DNA of 64,000 nt. It comes from Caldithrix abyssi DSM 13497 (GTDB lineage: Bacteria; Electryoneota; AABM5-125-24; Hatepunaeales; Hatepunaeaceae). Positions within the stretch are counted from its first letter, which is position 1; the number at the start of each line of letters is the position of its first letter. Below the pieces are notes generated by a model that saw nothing but the letters and a program-made list of their open reading frames with translations, was not told the origin of the DNA and made no database searches. The translations under genes and the position numbers were made by a program. The stretch spans positions 2,368 to 66,367 of the forward strand of contig CAMBDS010000002.1 of assembly GCA_945865405.1 (NCBI GenBank), read 5' to 3'. Below are positions 36,651 to 44,459 of this stretch, piece after piece.

Positions 36651-37097
36651 TTAAGATCCTGTGCGTGAGTGGTGTTTATATAATGTAGTTTCAATGTCAT
36701 TCAAGAGAAATGGATTCAAGTTGTCTTGTAATATCTTGTATTTAATATAGATATAGTTTTGGGGCGTATAGTTCTCTATGCCAAATTCTCTTAATGTCAT
36801 GGGTGATCCAAACTCAATAGTTTTTCTTATAGTAATTGCTAATCCCAAATTACTTTGGCTGTAGTAATCGAGAAATCTGTCTATGTCAATACCACCAATA
36901 GAACCATACTTATTCCATAGACTCTCCGGAGAATCAACGTCCAGTTCATTTACAAAAAATAACCCGACAACTTTAGAAGTTGGTCTGGTTGAATATACGA
37001 GAATCGCATCCGGTTTTTTGCTAAAGGCAATTTTCCTAAACTCAACATGTTTTCGTCCAAGGAATATTGATGCTGTAAATTCGGGATGGATTGGCAT
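36651..37097 (-). CDS. ASCH-domain (PUA-like) protein
   Basis: ORF track gives 36651..37274, which overlaps the upstream gene. The internal start MPIHPEFTASIFLGRKHVEFRK matches the canonical ASCH N-terminus. Further ASCH-type segments are ...AILVYSTRPTSKVVGLFFV...LWNKYG.. and ..LAITIRKTIEFGSPMTLREFG. Lies in the low-GC island. Confidence 0.6.
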   Translation of the reverse strand: MPIHPEFTASIFLGRKHVEFRKIAFSKKPDAILVYSTRPTSKVVGLFFVNELDVDSPESLWNKYGSIGGIDIDRFLDYYSQSNLGLAITIRKTIEFGSPMTLREFGIENYTPQNYIYIKYKILQDNLNPFLLNDIETTLYKHHSRTGS

Positions 37098-37117
37098 CAA
37101 TGCGATCACCGAATTAA

Positions 37118-38596
37118 CTAGTGAATCCAATTTAGAACCTCCTTTGAAATTGACTGAATAGAGCGTGGTGCCATTTTCAGCAATCCATTTTGAATTAATT
37201 TCTCCAAAGAAATTGGCTGTTTCAGTATAATTGCCTGGCGAAAAAGAATGGCAATTACTTTTCTCTTTCGGCAAAGCTCCTCGATTTGATTGTAAGTATA
37301 TACCGTTCTTTTACTAACTAAACGAGCGATCCTATCTGGGTTTTCAGTTTGAATTGCTTTTTCGACAACCCCAACCGCCACGATACTTTTTCGTACCTTT
37401 GATGAATAAAAAAGAATAATCGATCCGGCATCAATTGCCTTAATACTTGAATTTGATAAATAAGCTTTCCGAAGAGAATTACCTGCTTCATTGACGCCAA
37501 CTAAAGTACTAAGTTGCTCCTCCACTTCAGGGAAGAGAACTTTCTGAAATCCAGATAATATTGGAACGATAAAAGTATTCCCTTTCTCACGATGAATTAT
37601 GTGAGGCCCAAATTTAATGTTGTATTCTAAAGAACCGAGGTTCTCGCTATCTAACACATTTGGAGAAAAAGATTTAATATAGAACACATCTCGAAACTGC
37701 TCATTGATAATATCTCTATAAAACCCGAACGTTTGTACCAAGGCAATGAGCGATACGTGTTTGTCAAAGATAGTCAAGTAACAATAGGAAAAGTCATTTG
37801 AATTCGCGTACTCAAATACGGATTTTAAAAGCAGTTCTCCATAGCCGAATCCAATAAAATTGCTTGCTACTTTAAATGAACAAATCTTGAGTACTTTCTT
37901 CTGAAATTCTAAATTCTTTGCAGGATAATCTTCGCTTGATTCGTGTTTGATTATACAAACCGCGGCGTATGGTGTCGATTCATCTCCATCAATAAGCCAA
38001 ATTGATCGATGTTCTCTTTTGACCTTTCTTGACCATTCATCAAACTTTGGATAATCATCACGAAAACTGTCGAAAAAAGGCGCAGAGAAATCGATTTCAT
38101 AAGCGTCTACTTTTCTTACAGATGGTGGAGGAGTAAATGATTCGTCATATAAGAATCGTTTTAGATAGTTGAGTGCCTCTTGAACCGAAAAAATGCGATC
38201 TGAAAAACCTAATTTATCCCCACGTTTCATTAAACGAACATCTTCTGTTATCAAACCATCAACCGCGTCTGCGTGCAGAGCCCCAATCATCTGAAAATCG
38301 ACCCAATCATTGCTTTTATTGCTAACTTCTCCTAACTGCTGAACCACGAATTCAAACGAATGTTTCGGTGTACTAACCAATTGGTATTTACCGAAACTGT
38401 TAAGTCGAATACTCTTTCTTTCCTGATCCCTATCTCGTAATATATCGAATTTTGAGCTCTCGTGAATACAAATATGATGTCCCGCCGTGCTAATCAGTCG
38501 ATGCAAGTCTTGTATTTGCTTGGACATTTGACTAAAATCATCCAATTTCGTTGGCTCTAACGGGATGAAAATATTGGTATCAATCAGAAATTTCAA
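37118..38596 (-). CDS. PIN nuclease - GNAT acetyltransferase - ASCH/PUA-like three-domain fusion protein
   Basis: 492 aa. TTG start 4 nt after the sucB stop. The PIN domain is MKFLIDTNIFIPLE...GLITEDVRLM, with acidic residues at the canonical positions. GNAT motifs A and B are KVLKICSFKVASNFIGFGYGELLLKSVFEYA and YCYLTIFDKHVSLIALVQTFGF. The C-terminal ASCH-like domain is GSIILFYSSKVRKSIVAVGVVE...VIAILFRQAIILKQPISLEKLIQNGLLKMAPRSIQSIS. About 38% GC against about 55% in the flanks. Confidence 0.6.
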   Translation of the reverse strand: MKFLIDTNIFIPLEPTKLDDFSQMSKQIQDLHRLISTAGHHICIHESSKFDILRDRDQERKSIRLNSFGKYQLVSTPKHSFEFVVQQLGEVSNKSNDWVDFQMIGALHADAVDGLITEDVRLMKRGDKLGFSDRIFSVQEALNYLKRFLYDESFTPPPSVRKVDAYEIDFSAPFFDSFRDDYPKFDEWSRKVKREHRSIWLIDGDESTPYAAVCIIKHESSEDYPAKNLEFQKKVLKICSFKVASNFIGFGYGELLLKSVFEYANSNDFSYCYLTIFDKHVSLIALVQTFGFYRDIINEQFRDVFYIKSFSPNVLDSENLGSLEYNIKFGPHIIHREKGNTFIVPILSGFQKVLFPEVEEQLSTLVGVNEAGNSLRKAYLSNSSIKAIDAGSIILFYSSKVRKSIVAVGVVEKAIQTENPDRIARLVSKRTVYTYNQIEELCRKRKVIAILFRQAIILKQPISLEKLIQNGLLKMAPRSIQSISKEVLNWIH

Positions 38597-38600
38597 TCGT

Positions 38601-39893
38601 TCACACTCCCATCATCAACCGTTCCGGCTGTTCGATGCACTCGACGATTTTTTTCAGGAAGGCGACAGACTCGCGGCCGTCAATCAGGCGGTGGTCATAT
38701 GAAAGCGCGAGGTACATCATCGGACGGACGACGATCTGGTCAGAGTCACCAACCACCACAGGACGCTTCTTGACCCCATGCAAGCCCAAAATCCCCGGCT
38801 GAGGCGGGTTCAGGATCGGCGTCGAAAGCATCGAACCGAAGACCCCACCATTGGAAATCGTGAAGACGCCGCCTTGCAAGTCGTCCAAGGTGATCGTCCG
38901 GTTGCGAGCCTTCTCTGCGTAGCGGGCAATTGCAGCCTCAAGCTCGGCAAAACCGAGCTGGTCAGCATCACGAATGACCGGCACAACCAAACCGCGCTCC
39001 GTCGAGACAGCTACGCCGATGTCGTAAAAGTGGTTCTCGACGATTGAGTCGCCGTCGATCCGGGCGTTGACTGCGGGGACGGCTTTCAAAGCCTCGACGG
39101 TCGCCTTCACGAAGAACGACATGAACCCAAGTTTGATACCGTATTTTGCCTGAAATGGTTCCTGCAAGTGAGCGCGCGCAGTCATCACCGCCGACATATC
39201 GACCTCGTTGAAGGTGGACAGTGTGGCAGAGTTATGCTGAGACTCTACCATCCGCTCGGCGATGCGGTGGCGGAGGGAAGACATGGGGCGACGAGTTGTT
39301 CTCTCGGCAATGGAAGGTTTGACACCCCCCCCTGCCCCCCCCGCAAGCGGTGGGGGTAGAGAGACAGGTTTGGAAACCTGTCCTACCGAAACTGCTTTCA
39401 GGGCATCTTCTTTGGTGATGCGGCCGCCTTTGCCTGTGCCGACGATCAGCGCGGGGTTAAGTTGCTCCTCGGCGACGATACGACGAACGGAAGGAGCCAG
39501 GTCGTTTAGATTAGCTTTGAGAGATTCGATGCCTGCGGTTGGGGAGAGAGCGGGAATTTCTGAGGAGGAGGAGGAGACACCCCCCCCTGCCCCCCCCGCA
39601 AGCGGTGGGGATGCGACAGGTTTGGAAACCTGTCCTACCGGGGCGGGAGCCGCTACGGCGTCGGTGTCGATGGTGGCGACGGAACTGCCGATCAAGACGG
39701 TGTCGCCGGGTTTGGCGGAGAGGCTGATTCGTCCGGCCTTCTCTGCGGTGACGGTCATAGAGACTTTGTCGGTCTCAAGCTCGAAGAGAGCGTCGTCCGC
39801 CTTGACGAAGGCTCCGTCGGAAACTTTCCATTCAGCGAGGATACCTTCCGAGATCGACTCGCCTACGGCCGGGACTTTGACGGTAATGCGCAT
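38601..39893 (-). CDS. sucB: dihydrolipoamide succinyltransferase, E2 of 2-oxoglutarate dehydrogenase
   Basis: 430 aa. Lipoyl domain is LFELETDKVSMTV. Two Ala/Pro/Gly linkers. Subunit-binding domain is IVGTGKGGRITKEDA. Catalytic DHRLIDG. Both linkers are encoded by copies of a palindromic repeat element. Confidence 0.85.
   Translation of the reverse strand: MRITVKVPAVGESISEGILAEWKVSDGAFVKADDALFELETDKVSMTVTAEKAGRISLSAKPGDTVLIGSSVATIDTDAVAAPAPVGQVSKPVASPPLAGGAGGGVSSSSSEIPALSPTAGIESLKANLNDLAPSVRRIVAEEQLNPALIVGTGKGGRITKEDALKAVSVGQVSKPVSLPPPLAGGAGGGVKPSIAERTTRRPMSSLRHRIAERMVESQHNSATLSTFNEVDMSAVMTARAHLQEPFQAKYGIKLGFMSFFVKATVEALKAVPAVNARIDGDSIVENHFYDIGVAVSTERGLVVPVIRDADQLGFAELEAAIARYAEKARNRTITLDDLQGGVFTISNGGVFGSMLSTPILNPPQPGILGLHGVKKRPVVVGDSDQIVVRPMMYLALSYDHRLIDGRESVAFLKKIVECIEQPERLMMGV
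39302..39375. repeat. copy of the palindromic element inside sucB linker 2 (in-frame)
   Basis: cccccccctgccccccccgcaagcggtgggggtagagagacaggtttggaaacctgtcctacc is the reverse-complement of the 29440-29520 units. Encodes VGQVSKPVSLPPPLAGGAGGGV. Confidence 0.8.
39582..39650. repeat. second copy of the palindromic element inside sucB linker 1 (in-frame)
   Basis: cccccccctgccccccccgcaagcggtggggatgcgacaggtttggaaacctgtcctacc. Encodes GQVSKPVASPPLAGGAGGGV. Confidence 0.8.
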
Positions 39894-39984
39894 AATTATT
39901 CTAAAATTCCAAAGTTAGAAAGTTGAAAAGAAAACGAAGAGAGTAATTAAAAGACTTATTGTGCCCCAGGTCGAAATATCTTCT

Positions 39985-41061
39985 TTATCTTGCGCCCCTA
40001 TTCTTCCGCCACAGCTTTATAATGCCGAGGCCGCATCCGCTCGCCAGCCTTGTTCCGTCGGGGCTGAACGCGACAGAAAGGACCCAATCATTATGCCCCG
40101 TAAGCGTCCCAAGTAGCGCCCCGTCCGACGGCCGCCACAGCTTGATGCGGTTGTCGCCGCCCCCACTTGCCAGCGTCATCCCGTCGGGACTAAAGGCGAC
40201 GGACGAAACTCCGCCCTTATGCCCCTCGAGCGTCCGCAGACAGGAACCGTCCGAAGCTCGCCATAGATTGATGGCATTATCCCGGCTCCCGCTTGCCAGC
40301 GTCGTCCCGTCAGGGCTGAAAGCGACAGAATGGACCCAATTCGAATGTCCTTCGAGAGTCCGCAGGCGCTCCCCGTCCGAAGCCCGCCACAGCTTGACGG
40401 TTTTATCCGTGCTTCCACTCGCCAGAGTCGCCCCATCGGGGCTGAAGGCGACAGTTAGGATCCCTTTCTTATGCCCTTCGAGCGTCCGCAGACGGGCACC
40501 GTCCGAAGCCTTCCACAGCTTAATGGTTTTATCCAGACTCCCGCTCGCCAGCGTCGTTCCATCGGGGCTGAAGGAGACGGAATTGACCCAATTCGCATGC
40601 CCTTCGAGCGTCCGCAACAGCGACCCGTCCGAAGCCCGCCACAGCTTGATGCGGTTGTCGCATCCCCCACTCGCCAGAGTCGTCCCGTCGGGGCTGAAGG
40701 CGACGGATAAGACTCCATTATTGTGACTCTCAATTGTCTTCAGTAGTTTCCCGTCCGAAGTACGCCACAATTTGATGGTTTCATCCATGCTCCCACTCGC
40801 CAGAGTTGTCCCGTCGGGGTTGAAGGCGACGCACATTGCCCCTCCACCAGTATGCCCCTCGAGTGTCCTTTCGAGCGTGACGTCAATATCTTGCACGGCG
40901 GTGGCTTCGTACGCAAAACAAAGACATATGAGAACGCTAAGGCTGTGAATTCTAATCCAATCAACAAGGCACGAAAGAGGATAAAGCCTCCAAGTTTTTC
41001 CGTCCCAATGCCTAACAGCCTCTTCGTTTCTTTGTGTCTTCGTGTTAAAATCCTTGCACAC
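39985..41061 (-). CDS. WD40-repeat beta-propeller protein (7 near-identical repeats)
   Basis: 358 aa. Seven repeats of the form LEGH...V.SVAFSPDGTTLASGS.D.TIKLWRASDG..LRTL. Hydrophobic N-terminal segment. Confidence 0.8.
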   Translation of the reverse strand: MCKDFNTKTQRNEEAVRHWDGKTWRLYPLSCLVDWIRIHSLSVLICLCFAYEATAVQDIDVTLERTLEGHTGGGAMCVAFNPDGTTLASGSMDETIKLWRTSDGKLLKTIESHNNGVLSVAFSPDGTTLASGGCDNRIKLWRASDGSLLRTLEGHANWVNSVSFSPDGTTLASGSLDKTIKLWKASDGARLRTLEGHKKGILTVAFSPDGATLASGSTDKTVKLWRASDGERLRTLEGHSNWVHSVAFSPDGTTLASGSRDNAINLWRASDGSCLRTLEGHKGGVSSVAFSPDGMTLASGGGDNRIKLWRPSDGALLGTLTGHNDWVLSVAFSPDGTRLASGCGLGIIKLWRKNRGAR

Positions 41062-41090
41062 TTTTTTTCACCGTGGAGTTTTTGTGGTTA

Positions 41091-43910
41091 TTACGATTCG
41101 ATCATTTCCGGGAGGATCGTCACGTCGTGTCCGACTGCGTTGCCGGTGATTGCAGACTTGACAATCTCGGCTTGCTCGCGCTGATGACGAATCAGAGATC
41201 CTGTCGCGGCGGCGGCGGCGTAGCCTCGCCCAACGTAATGTAGAGGTGTACCCGTAAATAGATATTGAAGCCAGGGTCGGATAAAAGTCCAGGCACCACG
41301 ATTCTTCGGTTCTTCCTGCGCCCAGACGATCTCAGAGACTCCCTTGTAACGACTGGCAATTTGTTGCATCAGGTCGTTCTTTAAAGGGTAGAGTTGTTCA
41401 ATGCGCACGAGGGCAATGTCATCGACATTTTGAGCGGTGCGGTACTCGAGAAGCTCATAGTAGAGCTTGCCGTTGCAAAGGACGAGCCGACGGGGATTCT
41501 TGGGCGGCGTCGGGTCGTCTAGGATTTCGTGGAAGCCGTCGTCGGTGAACTCGCTCAACTTCGAGACGGCGAGCTTATGCCTGAGCATCGACTTAGGTGC
41601 CATAAGAATTAGAGGACGGCGGAACTTGCGGCGAACCTGACGACGAAGGGCGTGGAAATATTGTGCCGGGGTTGTCAGGTTGCAGACCTGCATGTTGTCT
41701 TGAGCACACGCAGAGAGGTAACGCTCCAAGTAGGCGTTGGAATGCTCCGCGCCCTGACCTTCGAAGCCGTGGGGGAGTAGCATGATCAGGCCTGAGGTGC
41801 GCTGCCACTTTGATTGAGATGCGACTATGAACTGGTCGATTATCATCTGGGCACCGTTGGAGAAATCGCCAAACTGGGCTTCCCAGAGGATCATCATGCG
41901 TGGTTCAGCAAGCGAGTAGCCGTAATCGAAACCGAGGACTGCAGCCTCAGAGAGGGGGCTGTTGTAAACGCAGAAGTGCGATTGTTCGCTGGAAATGTTG
42001 TTCAGCGGGATATAGCTCGATTCGGTCACCATGTCTTTCCAAACAGAGTGACGCTGTGAGAAGGTACCGCGCTCGCTGTCCTGCCCGGAGAGCCGAATGG
42101 GGGTCTTCTCTTGCAACAATGTTCCAAAAGCAAGTGCTTCGGCGAACGACCAGTCGAGACCGTTATCCTGCTCGAACGCAGTCAGTTTGTCGGCCATCTG
42201 GCGGGCGATCTTGGGGTTTAGATTGAAGTCCCCGGGGACTCGCGTTAAGGCTCGGGCGACAATTTCGAGGGCTTCGGGAGTGACGGAAGTCTTGAAAGGC
42301 GCTTCGCTCCACTTTTGATCGAGGCCTTCCCAACGGGGGTCTACCGCATGCGAGCGGAACTCAACCTCTTTTTTGTGGTTGGTGAAGTGTGCCTGAAGGT
42401 CGGACTGGAATTCAGTGGCGATCTTCTCGGTCTCGGTCGGGTCAATCTCGCCGGCTTCGAGCAGAGCTTTGCCGTAGAGTTTATAGATCGAGGGACGATT
42501 CTTGATTTTGTCGTACATCAAGGGTTGGGTGAAAGCTGGTTCGTCGGCTTCGTTGTGGCCGAACCGACGGTAACATACCATATCGATGACGACGTCGCGC
42601 TGGAATTCCTGACGGAATTTCAAGGCAAGTTCCGTGACATAGACGACAGCTTCGGGGTCATCGCTATTGACATGGAAGATAGGGGCTTCGATAGCTTTGG
42701 CTGAGTCGGTGCAGTAGGCGGAGCTGCGGCCGTCCTGAGGAACAGTGGTGAAGCCGATCTGGTTATTGATGACGAAGTGGATTGTCCCGCCGACATGATA
42801 GCCTTTTAGCTGTGACATGTTGAGGACTTCCGCAACGAGTCCTTGCCCGGCAAATGCGGCATCGCCATGGATCAGGAAGGGAAGTACACCGCGACGGTCA
42901 ACATTTTCACCGGGAGCGTAAGTACCACCGCGAACGTGGTGGAGTTGGCGTTGTTTGGCGCGAGCACGTCCGAGCACGACGGGATCGACAGCCTCAAGAT
43001 GGGAGGGGTTGGCAGTTAGAGTCAGGTGGACAGACTTGCCGGAAGCGTTGACGTGGTTGCTTGAGAAGCCGAGGTGGTACTTGACGTCGCCGTCGCCGCC
43101 GAAGGAGTCGGGCAGAAGCATCCCCTCGAACTCGCTGAAAATCATATCATATTCTTTGTCGAGGATGTTCGCCAGCATGTTGAGCCTGCCGCGGTGTGCC
43201 ATGCCAAGGACGATCTCGTTGACGCCGAGGTCGGGGGCAAGCATGACTAAGGCGTGAACAGCAGGGATCAACGTTTCGCCACCTTGAAGCGAGAAGCGTT
43301 TATGACCCGGGTAGCGGGTGTGGATAAACGACTCAAACATCTCAGCTTCAGAAAGGAGGCGAAGAATCTCGGCTTTTTTTGCTTTGTCAAAGTTGGGCCG
43401 GTTGCGACGAGGCTCGATTTCGGCTTGTATCCAGCGGCGTATCGATTTGTCCTGAATGTGGGTATATTGGACGCCGATTGTGCCGCAATAAGTCTCCTGC
43501 AAGATGGTCAGAATTTGTTGCAGAGAGGCTCGAGGAGGACCACCGAGATGCCCGGTATCGAATACAGAATCGAGGTCTTTGTCGGTGAAGTCGTAGTTGT
43601 GATAATCGAGGTCGGCAATCGAGTAAGGGTTTACGGGATTACCCAACGGATCGAGGTGGGCGGCGAAGTGACCCTCCGTCCGGTAAGCGAAGATCAAGCT
43701 GGCGACCTGCGACTGTAGATGAGCACGAGACGAAGCGACACAAGTGCGGGGGCACATTGCCATCTCGAAGCCGCGGAAAAACATCTGCCAGTCGGGGGAC
43801 AGGGACGCGGGGTCTTCCTCCCATTGGGCGTGGAGGTTGAGGACGTAGTCCTGATTCCAGCCGGTAACGGCGGGAGATTTGTGTCGGGTTGGTGAGTCTG
43901 TTATTGACAA
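41091..43910 (-). CDS. sucA: 2-oxoglutarate dehydrogenase E1 component
   Basis: 939 aa. Contains HGDAAFAGQGLVAEVLNMSQLKGYHVGGTIHFVINNQIGFTT and ThDP-binding regions typical of SucA. Confidence 0.9.
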   Translation of the reverse strand: MSITDSPTRHKSPAVTGWNQDYVLNLHAQWEEDPASLSPDWQMFFRGFEMAMCPRTCVASSRAHLQSQVASLIFAYRTEGHFAAHLDPLGNPVNPYSIADLDYHNYDFTDKDLDSVFDTGHLGGPPRASLQQILTILQETYCGTIGVQYTHIQDKSIRRWIQAEIEPRRNRPNFDKAKKAEILRLLSEAEMFESFIHTRYPGHKRFSLQGGETLIPAVHALVMLAPDLGVNEIVLGMAHRGRLNMLANILDKEYDMIFSEFEGMLLPDSFGGDGDVKYHLGFSSNHVNASGKSVHLTLTANPSHLEAVDPVVLGRARAKQRQLHHVRGGTYAPGENVDRRGVLPFLIHGDAAFAGQGLVAEVLNMSQLKGYHVGGTIHFVINNQIGFTTVPQDGRSSAYCTDSAKAIEAPIFHVNSDDPEAVVYVTELALKFRQEFQRDVVIDMVCYRRFGHNEADEPAFTQPLMYDKIKNRPSIYKLYGKALLEAGEIDPTETEKIATEFQSDLQAHFTNHKKEVEFRSHAVDPRWEGLDQKWSEAPFKTSVTPEALEIVARALTRVPGDFNLNPKIARQMADKLTAFEQDNGLDWSFAEALAFGTLLQEKTPIRLSGQDSERGTFSQRHSVWKDMVTESSYIPLNNISSEQSHFCVYNSPLSEAAVLGFDYGYSLAEPRMMILWEAQFGDFSNGAQMIIDQFIVASQSKWQRTSGLIMLLPHGFEGQGAEHSNAYLERYLSACAQDNMQVCNLTTPAQYFHALRRQVRRKFRRPLILMAPKSMLRHKLAVSKLSEFTDDGFHEILDDPTPPKNPRRLVLCNGKLYYELLEYRTAQNVDDIALVRIEQLYPLKNDLMQQIASRYKGVSEIVWAQEEPKNRGAWTFIRPWLQYLFTGTPLHYVGRGYAAAAATGSLIRHQREQAEIVKSAITGNAVGHDVTILPEMIES

Positions 43911-43943
43911 GGTTATTCGGTATTGAAATTTCGATGGATACGA

Positions 43944-44198
43944 TTAATAAGCTTCTGACCGGTGAGCTACTTTGTTGACGGTTACAATTTTGGCTTTATC
44001 GTCGATTGAGTAGAGTATCCGCAAATCGCCGATACGAACACGGTAAACGTTATCAAAATCAGCGAGCTTGAGACAACCTATTGGTCGAGGATTAGTTTCA
44101 AACGCAATGAGTTTTGCCTCAACACGCAAAAAGTGATCGTCAGAAAGCTGTCTCATGGATTTCTGAGCTCCTTTAGTCACAACGACAAGATACTTCAC
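43944..44198 (-). CDS. RelE/ParE-family type II toxin
   Basis: 84 aa. YRVRIGDLRILYSIDDKAKIVTVNKVAHRSEAY is the RelE/ParE signature. Overlaps the upstream antitoxin stop. Confidence 0.75.
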   Translation of the reverse strand: MKYLVVVTKGAQKSMRQLSDDHFLRVEAKLIAFETNPRPIGCLKLADFDNVYRVRIGDLRILYSIDDKAKIVTVNKVAHRSEAY

Positions 44199-44411
44199 TT
44201 AAAGGCCGCGTTTTTGGCGTTCTTCCCGCAGGACTTGCTCAAGCGGCACGGTCTCTTCGTTTCGACTTTCATCTATTGACGCAACATCTTCGATGTCTTC
44301 TATCAGTTCCTGTAATCTGCGCCAGCTTTTCATATCGATCAGGACACCTGTTCGACGACCTCGTTGATTTGTGACAAAGTGAGGGTTAAGTTTAAGAGCA
44401 TTGGTTGTCAT
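44199..44411 (-). CDS. type II antitoxin (Phd/YefM- or RelB-like)
   Basis: 70 aa, acidic C-terminus. Immediately upstream of the RelE/ParE toxin and coupled to it. Confidence 0.55.
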   Translation of the reverse strand: MTTNALKLNPHFVTNQRGRRTGVLIDMKSWRRLQELIEDIEDVASIDESRNEETVPLEQVLREERQKRGL

Positions 44412-44459
44412 GTCAATTTTACTCTCGATTGAGGATTCTTATCTTAACAAAATCTGTTT

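Larger units (their letters stand above)
36651..38600. other. low-GC (~38%) two-gene island inserted between sucB and the lpd-proximal genes
   Basis: Sharp compositional drop relative to flanks at about 55% GC. Long A/T runs. Contains only the PIN-GNAT-ASCH gene and the ASCH gene. Confidence 0.6.

Noticed and set aside
36651-37274. Longer 207-aa version of the ASCH gene from the ORF track
   Set aside because: It overlaps the upstream PIN-GNAT-ASCH gene by 157 nt. The internal Met at 37097 gives a canonical ASCH N-terminus (MPIHPEF...) and starts 21 nt after the upstream stop, so the shorter model is preferred.
36651-38600. Mobile-element hallmarks (integrase, transposase, tRNA, direct repeats) flanking the low-GC island
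   Set aside because: None found. The island is called on composition and gene content only, and the insertion mechanism is unknown.
39262-39918. 218-aa plus-strand ORF and 39959..40726 255-aa plus-strand ORF
   Set aside because: They are antisense to sucB and to the WD40 gene respectively. They are driven by repeat and low-complexity sequence. The minus-strand genes have clear domain signatures.
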